From contig CAXWPH010000014.1 of assembly GCA_963666055.2 (NCBI GenBank), positions 32,001 to 96,000 on the forward strand: a DNA stretch of 64,000 bases. The letters run 5' to 3'. How positions within the stretch are numbered: position 1 is the stretch's first letter; each line of letters starts with the position of its first letter. The DNA comes from Acidobacteriota bacterium. Its GTDB lineage: Bacteria > Acidobacteriota > UBA890 > WLXD01. Made by a program: the position numbers and the translations under genes. The notes under the pieces are model-generated. The model searched no databases, was not told the origin of the DNA, and worked only from the letters and a program-made list of their open reading frames with translations. Positions 39,262 through 50,489 of the stretch are shown in pieces.

Positions 39262-40049
39262 AGGCGGGTCTTACTCGACGCCATCCATTGCGAGTTGCTA
39301 GTGTCTCGCAGGCGCTGCATGACGCGCAACGAGCGCGGCGTGCGGTCGAGGTGTCCAACGATGAGCACTTGGGTTACCGCGCCCAGTCCGCGCATGGCAG
39401 CCGGGTCGGAATGCTGTGCCACGAGCTTGCTGGGTGCCTCTCGCAGAATTGCGGCCAGCAGGTGCCTCGCCGCCGGCGCCAGGCGGCGCCGTGCGATTAT
39501 CTGCCCACAGCTGCGGCCACAGAGGAATCCCAGCGTGACATCCGATACCCAGATCTCCTCGCCAAGCTCCCGACCGCAGTTACTACATTCCTCGACGCCG
39601 GGGAGCAACCCGGCCAGACGCAGCATCCAGACCTCGAAGTAGCGCATCAGCGCATCCGGGGCGCCGTCGATCTCCAGGCAGTCGAGACAGGCACCAATCA
39701 ATCGATAAAGCGTCGGTGAGGCGTCGTGCTCGGGGGCGAACCCGATGATCAGCTCGGCCAGGTACGCCGCCAGCGCAGCTTCCTCGGGCTGTCCCAGTGC
39801 CTCGAAGTACGAACGCTCGAGCTCGCATGACGACACCCGACCGAGGTCATCCTTGTCGCGCTGGAAGTAAACGATGCGTGACCGAGTGAAGGGCTCGAAG
39901 GCACTGCCGAAACGACTCTTGATGCGTCGCGCCGACTTGGCCACGCCGCGTATCCGACCATACTCACGGGTGTAGAAGTCGACAATCAGATCCGCCTCTC
40001 CCAGCGGTCGCGTGCGAAGCGCATATCCGCTCGCTTGCTTGATTGCCAC
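39258..40049 (-). CDS. recO: DNA repair protein RecO
   Basis: LGEADLIV, GVAKSARRIKSRFG and a CSNCG...LCGRSC Zn site; GTG start inferred. Confidence 0.92.
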   Translation of the reverse strand: MAIKQASGYALRTRPLGEADLIVDFYTREYGRIRGVAKSARRIKSRFGSAFEPFTRSRIVYFQRDKDDLGRVSSCELERSYFEALGQPEEAALAAYLAELIIGFAPEHDASPTLYRLIGACLDCLEIDGAPDALMRYFEVWMLRLAGLLPGVEECSNCGRELGEEIWVSDVTLGFLCGRSCGQIIARRRLAPAARHLLAAILREAPSKLVAQHSDPAAMRGLGAVTQVLIVGHLDRTPRSLRVMQRLRDTSNSQWMASSKTRL

Positions 40050-40050
40050 G

Positions 40051-41421
40051 TCAGGACACAACGAGGAGGGTGGCGATGCTGAAATACGCCACGATGCCGA
40101 GAACGTCGATCGCCGTAGTGACAAAAGGCCCGGTGGCGATTGCCGGGTCAACGCCGAAGCGCTTGAGCAGAATCGGCGTCGACGCGCCAACGATGGCGGC
40201 CAGCACCATGCACGAGACCAGCGACAAGGCGACCACCGCCGCCAGCGCCGGGATCTCGGGGTTCCGAAAGTAAACCGTCACACCCAGCAAGGCCCCGAAC
40301 ACCAGGCCCAACGTGAGCGCCACTCGTAGCTCGCGTAGCACGGTCGCCAGGCGCTGCCCGGCGACCAGCCGTCCCGTGGCCATGCCGCGCACTACAATCG
40401 TCGCCGCTTGCGTGCCCACGTTACCGCCCATACCGACGATGATCGGGATGAACACAGCCAGGACGATCAGCTGCGACAGCAGATCCTCGAAGTGCTCGAT
40501 GACCTGGGCTGCCACGATGCCGCCGATCCACGCTGCGAACAGCCACGGCAGACGTAGGAGCACGTTGCGCCACAGCGGTGCCGTCAGCACTTCTTCCTCG
40601 TCCTCGCCGACGCCGGCCATGAGCAGGATGTCCTCTGTTTCCTCCTCCCGCATGATGTCGATGACGTCGTCGACGGTAACCATGCCCGCTAACTTGTTGT
40701 CGTGGTCCACGACCGGCAACGCAAGGTAGTTGTAGCGCGCCACCAAGTTCGCGACCTCTTCCTGATCGGTGTCGACACTTACCGCAACCAATCGCGTCTT
40801 CATGACATCTCTCAAGCGCTCGCTGGCACCGCGAAGCAGCAGATCGCGCAACGAACACACACCCATCAGGTGGCCATGCTCATCGACTACGTACAGGTAG
40901 AACGCCATCTCCAGATCTTCGGAGCGCGATTGCCGCAGCGCCTCGATGGCCTCGGCGATCGTCGAGTCCTCGTGTAGCGCGAACACCTCCGGGCTCATGA
41001 TTCTGCCGGCGGTGTCCTCGTCGTAGCCGAGCAGGCCCTCGACCTCTTCGTGCCCGGTTCGCTCGAGCTGCGCGAGCACGCGCTCGGCGACATCCTCGGG
41101 TAAGGCGGTTACCAGGGCGGCGGCGTCGTCGGCACCCACCCCCGACAGGATCATGGCGATTTCGGTTTCGGGTCGCCCCTGCAGTAGCCGCGCCACGTCG
41201 GAGGGCTCCAGCTCCGCCAACACCTCGCCGGCGCGCCGCGGCGCATCGGCGAGAACCAGGCTGAACACATCAATGCTCTCATCCTCATCGAGTCGCGTGA
41301 TCAGCCGGGCCACGTCGGCAGCATGCAGCTTGGAGACGAAATTTTCCGCGTGAGCACGCGCACCGCGTTGCAGCAACCTCCGCAACGGCTGCACCATCAG
41401 GCTGACGTGTTGGCGATGCAT
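40051..41421 (-). CDS. mgtE: Magnesium transporter MgtE
   Basis: YDEDTAGRIM, CBS pair, RLPWL, GMGGNVGTQ and DPAIATGPFVTTAID motifs. Confidence 0.96.
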   Translation of the reverse strand: MHRQHVSLMVQPLRRLLQRGARAHAENFVSKLHAADVARLITRLDEDESIDVFSLVLADAPRRAGEVLAELEPSDVARLLQGRPETEIAMILSGVGADDAAALVTALPEDVAERVLAQLERTGHEEVEGLLGYDEDTAGRIMSPEVFALHEDSTIAEAIEALRQSRSEDLEMAFYLYVVDEHGHLMGVCSLRDLLLRGASERLRDVMKTRLVAVSVDTDQEEVANLVARYNYLALPVVDHDNKLAGMVTVDDVIDIMREEETEDILLMAGVGEDEEEVLTAPLWRNVLLRLPWLFAAWIGGIVAAQVIEHFEDLLSQLIVLAVFIPIIVGMGGNVGTQAATIVVRGMATGRLVAGQRLATVLRELRVALTLGLVFGALLGVTVYFRNPEIPALAAVVALSLVSCMVLAAIVGASTPILLKRFGVDPAIATGPFVTTAIDVLGIVAYFSIATLLVVS

Positions 41422-42347
41422 CAGGTGATCTCCATCTCGTCCAGCAGCCGGGCATGCTGCCTCCATTCCGGCTTCACCTTGACCCATAGCTCGAGCACTA
41501 CATGCCGACCGATGAGCTCCTCGATCTGACGGCGAGCCGCCGTACCTACCCGACGCAACATCGATCCGCCCTTGCCGATGACGATGGGTTTCTGCCCGCT
41601 GCGCTCGACGTAGATCGTGGCGCCGATCTCGACATTACCCTCACCATCATCGCTCTCCTCCCAGCGATCTACGGTAACCGCCGTCGTATACGGGAGCTCC
41701 TCGCGAGTCCGGTGCAAGAGCTCCTCGCGCACCATCTCTGCGACCATGAAGCGCACCGATCGATCCGTAATGGCTTCGTCGGGATACAGCACCGGACCCG
41801 GCGGAAGGTGATGGAAAACAGCGTCTACGAACGTATCCAAGTTATCGCCCGCGAGAGCAGAGATCGGGATGATATCGGCAAAGTCGTGCCGCCGTCGGAA
41901 CCAGTCGATAGCCGGGAGCAGCTGTGGCTTCGCCATACGATCGATCTTGTTGAGTAACAGAATGGTCGGAGCGGCAACGGTACGTATGGTGTCCACGAGA
42001 TAGTCGGTACCGCCGCCTCGCCGTTCGGTGGCATCGACGATCACCGCTACCAGATCGACGTCGAGCATCGCCTGGCGGGTCGTTCGCATCATGCGACGGT
42101 TCATACGGTAATGGGGACGGTGCACCCCCGGCGTATCCACGAAAACCGCCTGACCGCGATCCTCCGTCAAGATCCCGCTGATGCGATGCCGAGTCGTTTG
42201 CGGCTTGTTCGACACAATCGAGATCTTGGTGCCGACCAGCCGGTTCAGCAGAGTCGACTTGCCGGCGTTTGGTCGGCCGACCAGGGTAACCGTGCCGCAT
42301 CGAAACCCATCAACTGGTGACCTGGTGTCGGGATACCTACCGTCCAT
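41421..42347 (-). CDS. era: GTPase Era
   Basis: GRPNAGKSTL, KPQTTR, DTPG, NKID, EELPY and IGKGG (KH) motifs. Confidence 0.97.
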   Translation of the reverse strand: MDGRYPDTRSPVDGFRCGTVTLVGRPNAGKSTLLNRLVGTKISIVSNKPQTTRHRISGILTEDRGQAVFVDTPGVHRPHYRMNRRMMRTTRQAMLDVDLVAVIVDATERRGGGTDYLVDTIRTVAAPTILLLNKIDRMAKPQLLPAIDWFRRRHDFADIIPISALAGDNLDTFVDAVFHHLPPGPVLYPDEAITDRSVRFMVAEMVREELLHRTREELPYTTAVTVDRWEESDDGEGNVEIGATIYVERSGQKPIVIGKGGSMLRRVGTAARRQIEELIGRHVVLELWVKVKPEWRQHARLLDEMEIT

Positions 42348-42381
42348 GAAACATCCGGTGTTTTCCACGCCGCCAGCGGGC

Positions 42382-43608
42382 TCAGAGCGTCGTAATGCGC
42401 AGCCGGTGAATGCGCCTCTCGTCGGCGTCGAGGACCTCGACATGTAGATCCTCGCAGTCGAAGCGCTCCCCGGGTTCCGGGACACGGCCGAGGTGTGTGA
42501 AGACCATACCGCCGATGGTGTGGAACTCGCCCTCTCGTATGCTGCGGCCAATGGCCTCCTCGACATCCTCGATCTCGGCCTTCCCGGCAACGACCACACC
42601 GTCAGCGCGAATCTCGACCAGCCGCTCCTCGGGCTCGTCCTCATCCTCAATCTCACCGACGATCTCCTCGAGGACGTCCTCGAGTGTGGCAAGACCGGCC
42701 GTCCCTCCGTACTCGTCGACGACAATCGCCATTTGCTCCCGTCGACGCTGAAACTCGCCTAGCAACTCGTTGACGTGTTTGCTCTCGGGAACAAAGAAAG
42801 CTGGGCGCACGATGCTGGTCACCGGCTCTTCGTCGAGCTGGTTCTGCAGTGCGGCAAGGAGGTCCTTCAGGTTCACCAACCCTACGATGTGGTCCAGATC
42901 ATCAGTCACGACGGGAATACGTGAGAATCGGTGCTCGGCGATCAGCCGGCGTAGATGGGCAAGGCTCTCTTTGGCGTCGATGGCGATCACCTCGACGCGC
43001 GGTGTCATCACCTCGCGGACAATTGTCTCATCGAAGTCGGCAACGCCACGAAGCAGCGCTTCCTCGGACTCACTAACCAAACCCTCTTCTTCCGCCAGGT
43101 CCAGGAATGCGCCCAGGTCGTCGCGCAACGCATCATCCGTGTTGGCCAGGTTGCGAGCTCGGGCGCGGTCAGCCGTACGGGACAGGTAGGACGCCAGCGG
43201 GCCAAACAAGAGCCGCACCAAACGGAACCACAGCGCGCCTGCCCGGAGCACCCTGTCTGAGCCGACAAGCGCGACTAGCCAATAGGGCAGCAGCTTGTCG
43301 ACGATCAGATATACCGCGATGGTGACGACCAACGGGGCAAGCAGCCATGGCTGCCACGCATGGCGCACGCCATATTCGGCGATCTGTACCGCCAGGCCGA
43401 CCAGCAGCAACTGCCGGGCCACGCCCATCGACACGAACGCAACCTCGACCGCCGAAGACCCCGCCTCGTCGACATCGCCGGCTAGGGTTCCGCTGGCCCA
43501 TTCGCGCCGTTGCAAGCGGCTCAGGCTGCGTCCGGCGACGGAAACCGCCGCGGAGATCGCCAATAGCAGGCCGGTGCCGATGAGCGCAGCGACCTCCCCC
43601 GGTGTCAT
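42382..43608 (-). CDS. Hemolysin/CorC-like CNNM-CBS-transporter-associated protein
   Basis: TM region, VREVMTPR, FSRIPV and VVDEYGGTAGLATLEDVLEEIVGEI motifs with a CorC C-terminus. Confidence 0.92.
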   Translation of the reverse strand: MTPGEVAALIGTGLLLAISAAVSVAGRSLSRLQRREWASGTLAGDVDEAGSSAVEVAFVSMGVARQLLLVGLAVQIAEYGVRHAWQPWLLAPLVVTIAVYLIVDKLLPYWLVALVGSDRVLRAGALWFRLVRLLFGPLASYLSRTADRARARNLANTDDALRDDLGAFLDLAEEEGLVSESEEALLRGVADFDETIVREVMTPRVEVIAIDAKESLAHLRRLIAEHRFSRIPVVTDDLDHIVGLVNLKDLLAALQNQLDEEPVTSIVRPAFFVPESKHVNELLGEFQRRREQMAIVVDEYGGTAGLATLEDVLEEIVGEIEDEDEPEERLVEIRADGVVVAGKAEIEDVEEAIGRSIREGEFHTIGGMVFTHLGRVPEPGERFDCEDLHVEVLDADERRIHRLRITTL

Positions 43609-44072
43609 GTCGCCGTCCCCGCAGACACGCAACGCGGACGCAAAGCGCGCTCCAGCCGTGACATCGTGCCACCGTCGCTCGTGTGGTCGTATCCGACCAA
43701 ATGCAACACCCCGTGCAGCGCCAACACGCTCAGCTCGTAGAGGTACGGATGACCAAGCTCACGAGCCTGACGTGCCGCCTGGTCAGTACAAATCATCACA
43801 TCGCCCCAATACGTTGGGTCGCCAGCGCCCACCCGCACCGCCTTGGTGTCCGGCACTGCCCCATCGTCGGCCCGAAACGACAACACGTCAGTGGTGGCGT
43901 CCTTGCCGACGAAACGGCGATGATGATCCGTCATACGCGCATCGTGCACGAATGCGAACGCGATTGTTCCGGTGCCCCGACCAGCACCAGCCTGGGCTAC
44001 TTCTGCCACCCGGCGAAGATTCGATGCCGCCAGCACCGGTCGAAGCTGATAGTTCCGCACGACCACGTTCAA
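43605..44072 (-). CDS. ybeY: rRNA maturation endoribonuclease YbeY
   Basis: TDVLSF and HGVLHLVGYDH motifs. Confidence 0.95.
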   Translation of the reverse strand: MNVVVRNYQLRPVLAASNLRRVAEVAQAGAGRGTGTIAFAFVHDARMTDHHRRFVGKDATTDVLSFRADDGAVPDTKAVRVGAGDPTYWGDVMICTDQAARQARELGHPYLYELSVLALHGVLHLVGYDHTSDGGTMSRLERALRPRCVSAGTAT

Positions 44073-46390
44073 TTGGACGCCGGCGTCGCAAGGGACTGGG
44101 CGGAAGCCGCGGCTACGGACTCCGGGTCAGATGGCTCGGCAGACTCCGAACGGTCCTCGGGGTATTCGATCCGATGGTGGTGCATGCCCGACAGCACCCC
44201 GACGAACGCCTCGGTGACCTTCGACAGATCGGCGATGGTCATGTCGCACTCATCGAGCTGGCCGTCATCGAGAACGTCGCGAACGTTCTTGCGAATCATC
44301 TCGCGGAGCTTGACCTCGGTCGGCTCGTCGATGAGGCGTGACATCGCCTCAACCCCGTCGGCGAGCATGATGAGCGCCGCCTCCCTGCTTTGCGGTCTCG
44401 GCCCCGGATAGCGGAAGTCCTCTTCGCGCACCCGGCTCGTCTCGTTCCCCGCCTGTTGCTTGGCGCGCTCGTGGAAGTAGCGCATGCATCTCGTGCCATG
44501 GTGCTGCGGCACGATATCGATGAGTGGCTGCGGCAGCCGTTGCTCCTTGGCGTACGCGACACCGTCCTTGACGTGACGTATGAGGATAAGCGCGCTCATG
44601 TGTGGCGCCAGCCCATCGTGCGGGTTCCGCCCATCCTTTTGATTCTCGACGAAATACTCCGGCTGACGCATCTTGCCGACGTCGTGGTAGTAGGCGGCAA
44701 CGCGCGCGAACAGCGGGTTGGCTCCGATTGCCTCGGCAGCTTTCTCGGCCAGCGTGCCAACGACAACACTGTGGTGATAGGTCCCCGGAGCGACGACCGC
44801 CAGTTGCTTGAGCAACGGCAGGTTCATGTTCGACAGCTCGAGAAGCTTGATGTCGGTGAGCGTGTTGAACACAGATTCGAGCGGCGGCAAGACGGCCATC
44901 GCTAGCACCGCGACCTGGATACCGCCGAATAGGGCCAAGGCGCCCTCAAAGCCGGTGAGTGACCACGGAGGCGCTGGCTGTGCGAGCAGCGCGAAGCCGA
45001 GTACGACCAGCACGTTGACCACGCCGACCACCACAACCATCCGCGCCATAGCCGTCCGCTGGCTGTACCGCACCAGCGCGAATACCGCGGCGAACGAGCT
45101 CAGCAACGCGTACAGCGCCAGCTCGAGACTGCCCGTCATGACGCCCAAGATCACCGCCTGAACCGCCGCATAAATCCACGCCACATCGGCGTCAACGAGT
45201 AACACCACCAGCAGCGCCCCGGCGGCAACCGGCAACGCGTAGGGATAAGCCTCCGCCACGTTGTAGGGCGGCTGCGCGAATGAACGCGCCACGGCATCGC
45301 CAATAAACAGCATGATACGTGTGGCAATCGTCGTACCCACAAGCAGCACCAGCAGCAAGTGATGCAACCTCGCGACCCGGACCACATGATTCCGTGTCCG
45401 GTAATGGCGCACGTAGCGCCACATTGCGACGATCGCCAGCCCCACGAGCAACAGAATGCCGCCGGTCGCCGTACGAGAACCGCCCGGTGCCCCTTGCTGT
45501 CGGAAGGCCGCCAGCTCGCGCAGCACGCGATCCGTAACGGCATCACCCTCTCGGGCGATAGTGCGACCCCTCTTCACCTGATAGAAGACCTGGTCTACTG
45601 CGCTGGCAGCGCCCTGCCGGCGCGCCTGGGTCTCGTTGCTGTTGTATGTCAGGTTCGGCCGCAGCAGCTTGCCGAGCAGCGCCACCAGCCCCTCTTCCAT
45701 CGCGGCATCGACATCGAGCGTCTCCATCCCCTGACGTCGTATGCGAGCACGGGCAGTTTCGAGATCGACGATGTCGCTCAAGTCGTCGAGCACGCGCTCT
45801 TCCTGATCGGCGATGTCCCGTATGCGGATGGAGTTGTTGCGGCCCAAGCTCAGCACCTGCGTCGTCCCGAGTAGCGAGTGCTGTACCTGGTTTCGAAGTA
45901 GCCTCTCCGCTGCCAGCTCGGTTTCGGCGGTGAAGCCTTCGTCCCAAGCGAGGCCGATGACGTCGTCGGGAAGCATCAACCCTACGAGGGTGTCCGCCTC
46001 CGAGGTCAACTGCGCACGACGATCGCGCTCCAACTCCGACCAGGAGCCAGCATCGAGAACCTGCTCGCGACCCCAGGCAAACAATTCATTCAACGATGCC
46101 ACCGGCTCACGCCACGCAAACGGATCGAAGTCGTAGACGTCAAGCACAGCGGCACGCGCTTCGTCGCGCCGACGCCCCGTAGACTCCGGATCTGGAACAC
46201 GCAGCTCGATCGGCGCCGCAATGTCGGCCTCCACTATGTCGCCGGCCAAGTAGTCGTAGGTGCGGATGCTCTGTTGGCCGCTGATCAGAAACACGATGAC
46301 CAGACCGGCGATCACGGACCAGAAATGTTCACGGTCCAACAAACTCTCGAGATGGCCGACTTTTCGCGCTCGGCTGGCGTCCTCAGTCAT
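44069..46390 (-). CDS. 7TM-HD membrane phosphohydrolase (PgpH/YqfF-like)
   Basis: Large extracellular domain, TM bundle and HD-domain motifs APGTYHHS, YYHDVGK, YFVENQ, QHHGT, YPGPRP, MLAD. Confidence 0.92.
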   Translation of the reverse strand: MTEDASRARKVGHLESLLDREHFWSVIAGLVIVFLISGQQSIRTYDYLAGDIVEADIAAPIELRVPDPESTGRRRDEARAAVLDVYDFDPFAWREPVASLNELFAWGREQVLDAGSWSELERDRRAQLTSEADTLVGLMLPDDVIGLAWDEGFTAETELAAERLLRNQVQHSLLGTTQVLSLGRNNSIRIRDIADQEERVLDDLSDIVDLETARARIRRQGMETLDVDAAMEEGLVALLGKLLRPNLTYNSNETQARRQGAASAVDQVFYQVKRGRTIAREGDAVTDRVLRELAAFRQQGAPGGSRTATGGILLLVGLAIVAMWRYVRHYRTRNHVVRVARLHHLLLVLLVGTTIATRIMLFIGDAVARSFAQPPYNVAEAYPYALPVAAGALLVVLLVDADVAWIYAAVQAVILGVMTGSLELALYALLSSFAAVFALVRYSQRTAMARMVVVVGVVNVLVVLGFALLAQPAPPWSLTGFEGALALFGGIQVAVLAMAVLPPLESVFNTLTDIKLLELSNMNLPLLKQLAVVAPGTYHHSVVVGTLAEKAAEAIGANPLFARVAAYYHDVGKMRQPEYFVENQKDGRNPHDGLAPHMSALILIRHVKDGVAYAKEQRLPQPLIDIVPQHHGTRCMRYFHERAKQQAGNETSRVREEDFRYPGPRPQSREAALIMLADGVEAMSRLIDEPTEVKLREMIRKNVRDVLDDGQLDECDMTIADLSKVTEAFVGVLSGMHHHRIEYPEDRSESAEPSDPESVAAASAQSLATPASN

Positions 46391-47399
46391 GTCGGCCCTT
46401 CGACAAACTGGAATCGCCGACACCACCCCGCTGATCGTGTCGCTCGTAGGCTCGGACGATTTGTTTGACCAACTCGTGGCGCACCACGTCACCGCGACTG
46501 AACTCGACGCGGGCGATGCCCTCAATTCCGGCAAGCAAGTCGAGCGCCTCGACGAGGCCGGAGGGCTGGTCATGGCGCAGATCGGTCTGGGTTACGTCGC
46601 CGTTGATCACCGCGCACGAGTTCAGCCCGAGGCGAGTCAGCAACATCTTCATCTGCTCTGGCGTGGTGTTCTGCGCCTCATCGAGAATTACGAAGGCATC
46701 GGACAGCGTTCGTCCGCGCATGAAAGCGAGCGGCGCGATCTCGATCTGATCGCGCTCGATCAGGCGAGTGGCGCGATCGAACCCGACCAACGAGTAGAGA
46801 GCATCGTAGAGTGGACGCAGATACGGGTTGACCTTCTCGATCATGTCGCCCGGAAGAAAGCCCAACCGCTCGCCTGCCTCAATGGCGGGTCGCACCAGTA
46901 TGATGCGGCGCACACGGCGCATGTTGAGCGCCTCGACCGCCATGGCCATCGCCAGGAACGTCTTACCAGTACCTGCCGGTCCCACCGCGAAGACAAGATC
47001 GTGCGTCCGAATCGCCTCCAAGTAGCGCCTCTGGTTCGGCCCCTTGGGTCGTACCGAGCGCCCCTTGTACGCCGGTATCTCGATATCGGTGAAGAAGTCC
47101 TCGAGCGATAGTTCCGGTTGTTCGGTCGCTACCTGGATAGCGGTTCGAACTTCGGCAGCTTTGATCTCGTGCCCGTGTTCGGCCAGTCGGCCGAGCGTTG
47201 TCAAGATGCGAGCCGCGATCTCGACGCGCTCGGAATCACCTTCGAGAAATATCTCCTGATCGCGCGCCGAGATCTGCACCCCGAGCTCATTCTCGAGTAG
47301 CTGCAGATTCTCGTCGTGGATGCCGAAGAGCACCTGGGCGGCACGCTCTGCGAGCTCGATCCGGCGTCCGGGCGCGGCGCGCAGCTTACCCTGCGTCAT
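46383..47399 (-). CDS. phoH: PhoH family ATPase
   Basis: GPAGTGKTFLA, LGFLPGD, PLAFMRGRTL, DEAQN and GDVTQTDL motifs. Confidence 0.95.
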   Translation of the reverse strand: MTQGKLRAAPGRRIELAERAAQVLFGIHDENLQLLENELGVQISARDQEIFLEGDSERVEIAARILTTLGRLAEHGHEIKAAEVRTAIQVATEQPELSLEDFFTDIEIPAYKGRSVRPKGPNQRRYLEAIRTHDLVFAVGPAGTGKTFLAMAMAVEALNMRRVRRIILVRPAIEAGERLGFLPGDMIEKVNPYLRPLYDALYSLVGFDRATRLIERDQIEIAPLAFMRGRTLSDAFVILDEAQNTTPEQMKMLLTRLGLNSCAVINGDVTQTDLRHDQPSGLVEALDLLAGIEGIARVEFSRGDVVRHELVKQIVRAYERHDQRGGVGDSSLSKGRHD

Positions 47400-49182
47400 C
47401 CAGCCCATCTCCGGCAGCAACGTTGGTCGGTAGCCCACGCACGCATATGTGTAACTCCTCGAGCTGCTCCTCAGAAGCCGGTGCGGGAGCCTCGGTCAGC
47501 AAGTCCGAGGCGCGTGTGGTCTTGGGAAACGCGATCACTTCTCGCAAGCTGCTTCGGCCGGCCATCATCATCACGATACGATCGAACCCCAGGGCAATGC
47601 CACCGTGTGGGGGGGCCCCGTAGCGGAGTGCACGGAGTAAAAAACCAAACTTCTCGTTGGCCTCGTTCTCATCGACGCCGAGCACAGCAAGTACGCGCTT
47701 CTGAAGGTCGCCACGATGAATTCTGATGCTCCCACCGCCAAGCTCGACACCGTTGAGCACCAGATCGTATGACTGCGCCTTGACCGACAGCGGAGCGCTT
47801 TCGAGCAAGTCGACATCCTGCTCCACCGGCGACGTGAATGGATGATGACGTGCGGCCAGTCGATCGGTCTCGCCAGCACGCTGCAGAAGCGGGAACTCAT
47901 TGACCCAGAGAAAGCGCAGCCCGGTCCCAACCCAACCCTCGGACTTGGCCAGCGATGTACGTAGGGTCCCGACGGCTGTCGCAGCGACTTCCCACTCGTC
48001 GCCGACCATCACCATTCCATCCCCGTTCTCGAGCGCCGCGACGTCGGCCACCGACTCCAACAGGCCGGCCTCGAGAAACTTGGCGATCGGCGAGCTGACC
48101 TCGCCGTCGGTCCGCTTGGCCCAAACCAAGCCCTTGGCACCGCACTCTCGTGCGCGCACGGTAAGCTTGTCGAAACGAGCCCGCCCCCAGCTCGCCGCAC
48201 CCGGGATACGCAACGCCTTGACCGCACCGCCGCCGGCAAACACATCGGCGAAAGCGCGGAAGCCGCTGTCGGCAAAATGCTCCGTGACATCGACGAGCTC
48301 GTATCCATACCGCATATCAGGACGATCCGTGCCGAAGCGATTGATCGCCTCGTGGAAGTCTAGCTGCGGGAACCCCGGCTCAACCTCATGACCGCTGACC
48401 GACAGCAGCCGCATCATCAGCGACTCTGCAAGGGCGCGAACGTCGTCGGCATCGACGAAGCTCATCTCGACGTCGATCTGGGTGAATTCCGGCTGTCGAT
48501 CAGCGCGCAGATCCTCGTCGCGGAAGCAACGCACGATCTGAAAGTAGCGATCGAACCCTGACACCATCAGCAGCTGCTTGAACAGCTGGGGGCTCTGAGG
48601 AAGCGCATAGAAGCTACCGGGCTGCACGCGGCTAGGCACCAGATAGTCGCGCGCGCCTTCCGGAGTGGAGCGAGTCAACATCGGCGTCTCGATCTCCAGG
48701 AACCCGTGCTCGTCGAGGAAAATGCGCGTCGCCATCGCCAGCCGGTGTCTTAGCGCCAACGCTTCCTGCAAGGGTGGCCGCCGCAGGTCGAGGAACCGCT
48801 CGCGCAGACGTAGCTCCTCGGATGCCCTGCCGTCCTCCTCGATGAGAAACGGTGGCGTCTCGGCGGTCGACACCGTCATCACGGTTTCGACGCGGACTTC
48901 GACGTCACCGTTCGGCGTCGCCGGATTGACCGTATCGGCGGAGCGCTCGACGACAACACCGCGCACCTCGACGACATACTCCGGTCGCCAATCGCCAGCA
49001 ATGGCGTGTGCCTCAGCTGCCCCCTCCGGGTTGAGCACACACTGAACCGACCCCGCACGATCACGTAAGTCGACGAATATCAGGCCGCCGAGGTCACGAC
49101 GGTGCCAGATCCACCCCTGGAGGCACACCTGTGCTCCGACCTGCTTGCTTGTGATCTCGCCACAACGATGCGTTCTGCGCAT
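47386..49182 (-). CDS. aspS: Aspartate-tRNA ligase
   Basis: [44 protein letters not shown] and PPHGG motifs. Confidence 0.98.
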   Translation of the reverse strand: MRRTHRCGEITSKQVGAQVCLQGWIWHRRDLGGLIFVDLRDRAGSVQCVLNPEGAAEAHAIAGDWRPEYVVEVRGVVVERSADTVNPATPNGDVEVRVETVMTVSTAETPPFLIEEDGRASEELRLRERFLDLRRPPLQEALALRHRLAMATRIFLDEHGFLEIETPMLTRSTPEGARDYLVPSRVQPGSFYALPQSPQLFKQLLMVSGFDRYFQIVRCFRDEDLRADRQPEFTQIDVEMSFVDADDVRALAESLMMRLLSVSGHEVEPGFPQLDFHEAINRFGTDRPDMRYGYELVDVTEHFADSGFRAFADVFAGGGAVKALRIPGAASWGRARFDKLTVRARECGAKGLVWAKRTDGEVSSPIAKFLEAGLLESVADVAALENGDGMVMVGDEWEVAATAVGTLRTSLAKSEGWVGTGLRFLWVNEFPLLQRAGETDRLAARHHPFTSPVEQDVDLLESAPLSVKAQSYDLVLNGVELGGGSIRIHRGDLQKRVLAVLGVDENEANEKFGFLLRALRYGAPPHGGIALGFDRIVMMMAGRSSLREVIAFPKTTRASDLLTEAPAPASEEQLEELHICVRGLPTNVAAGDGLDDAG

Positions 49183-49211
49183 TCATTCCTCGCCGATGCC
49201 GGCGGCGCCGT

Positions 49212-50489
49212 TCATCCCGGCGTGCCCCGCGCATCGGACAGTAGCTGTGCAACCTTGTTGGGCAGTTCGGAGGCGGCGATCTCTACGCGCTCACCGTCGG
49301 CGATCCGCCTAAGAGTGTATCGGCCGGCGGCGATCTCATCCGGCCCCACCACGAGCTGCCATGCAGCCCCCGAACGTTTTGCCGCCCGCAGTTGCGCCTT
49401 CTTGTTACGAGCATCGTATGCAGCGCTGAGCGTACGCACTCCAGCGGCCCGTAGTCGGTGCAACAGGTCGTGGGCGACCTCGGTCGACTCCTCATCGAAC
49501 GCCACGACAAAAACGTCTGCGACACCGCCGGCGGCCTCGTCCGGCATGGCAAGCAGGATACGTTCCACGCCGGAGGCGAATCCCGTGCCGGGGCGATCGT
49601 CTCCTCCCAACTGCGCTACGAGCCCATCGTATCTGCCGCCGCCCAGCAGCGAGTCCTGCGCACCGAGTGCCTCCGAGGTGATCTCGAAGACCGTCTCCCG
49701 GTAGTAGTCGAGCCCGCGCACAAGCCGTGGATCGAGATCGTATGCGACGTGCCAGAGATCGAGCAGCTGTTGCACGCGTTCGAAGTGTCTGGCCGATCGC
49801 GACGATAACGAACCGTGGATGGTCGGCAACTGGTCGAGGATTGGTTGGCACTCCGGAATCTTGCAGTCGAAAACCCGCAGCGGATTGGTCGCATGGCGTT
49901 GATGACAGTCCTTGCACAAGACGTCGAGGTGCTCCGCTTGGGCCCGCACCAAAACCGCCAGGTACGTGGCCCGCGTTTGCTGATCGCCCACCGTGTTCAG
50001 CATGAGATGTGGCTGATGCACACCGAGCTCGTGCAGCCAACGCATCGCCATCTCCATGATCTCGGCATCAACGCGCGGCGACCCCGAGCCGAGCGCCTCG
50101 ACTCCGATCTGATGGAACTGCCGGTAGCGACCCTTCTGAGGACGCTCGTAACGAAACATCGGGCCCATGTAGTAGAAACGATCCATGGAGAGGCCCTGCC
50201 CGAGGCCATGCTCCAGGTAGGCACGAATAACCGGTGGGGTGCCTTCGGGGCGAAGCGTAAGATCGTTTCCCCCGAGATCCTCGAACCGGTACATCTCCTT
50301 CCGCACGATATCGGTGGCTTCTCCGGTCCCCTTCAAGAACACGGCGCTGTCCTCGAAGATCGGCGTGCGCAGCTCCCGGAAGCCGTAGAGCGCGAACACC
50401 TCGCGTGCAGCCGCCTCGACGCGTTGCCAGCGCTCGACCTCTCCGGGCAGGATGTCCCGAGTGCCGCGGATCGCCTTCAATCTCACCAC
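49212..50489 (-). CDS. hisS: Histidine-tRNA ligase
   Basis: RGTRDILP, LRPEGT, FRYERPQKGRYRQF, LVRGLDYY and GGGRYD motifs; AAGGAGG SD before GTG. Confidence 0.97.
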   Translation of the reverse strand: MVRLKAIRGTRDILPGEVERWQRVEAAAREVFALYGFRELRTPIFEDSAVFLKGTGEATDIVRKEMYRFEDLGGNDLTLRPEGTPPVIRAYLEHGLGQGLSMDRFYYMGPMFRYERPQKGRYRQFHQIGVEALGSGSPRVDAEIMEMAMRWLHELGVHQPHLMLNTVGDQQTRATYLAVLVRAQAEHLDVLCKDCHQRHATNPLRVFDCKIPECQPILDQLPTIHGSLSSRSARHFERVQQLLDLWHVAYDLDPRLVRGLDYYRETVFEITSEALGAQDSLLGGGRYDGLVAQLGGDDRPGTGFASGVERILLAMPDEAAGGVADVFVVAFDEESTEVAHDLLHRLRAAGVRTLSAAYDARNKKAQLRAAKRSGAAWQLVVGPDEIAAGRYTLRRIADGERVEIAASELPNKVAQLLSDARGTPG

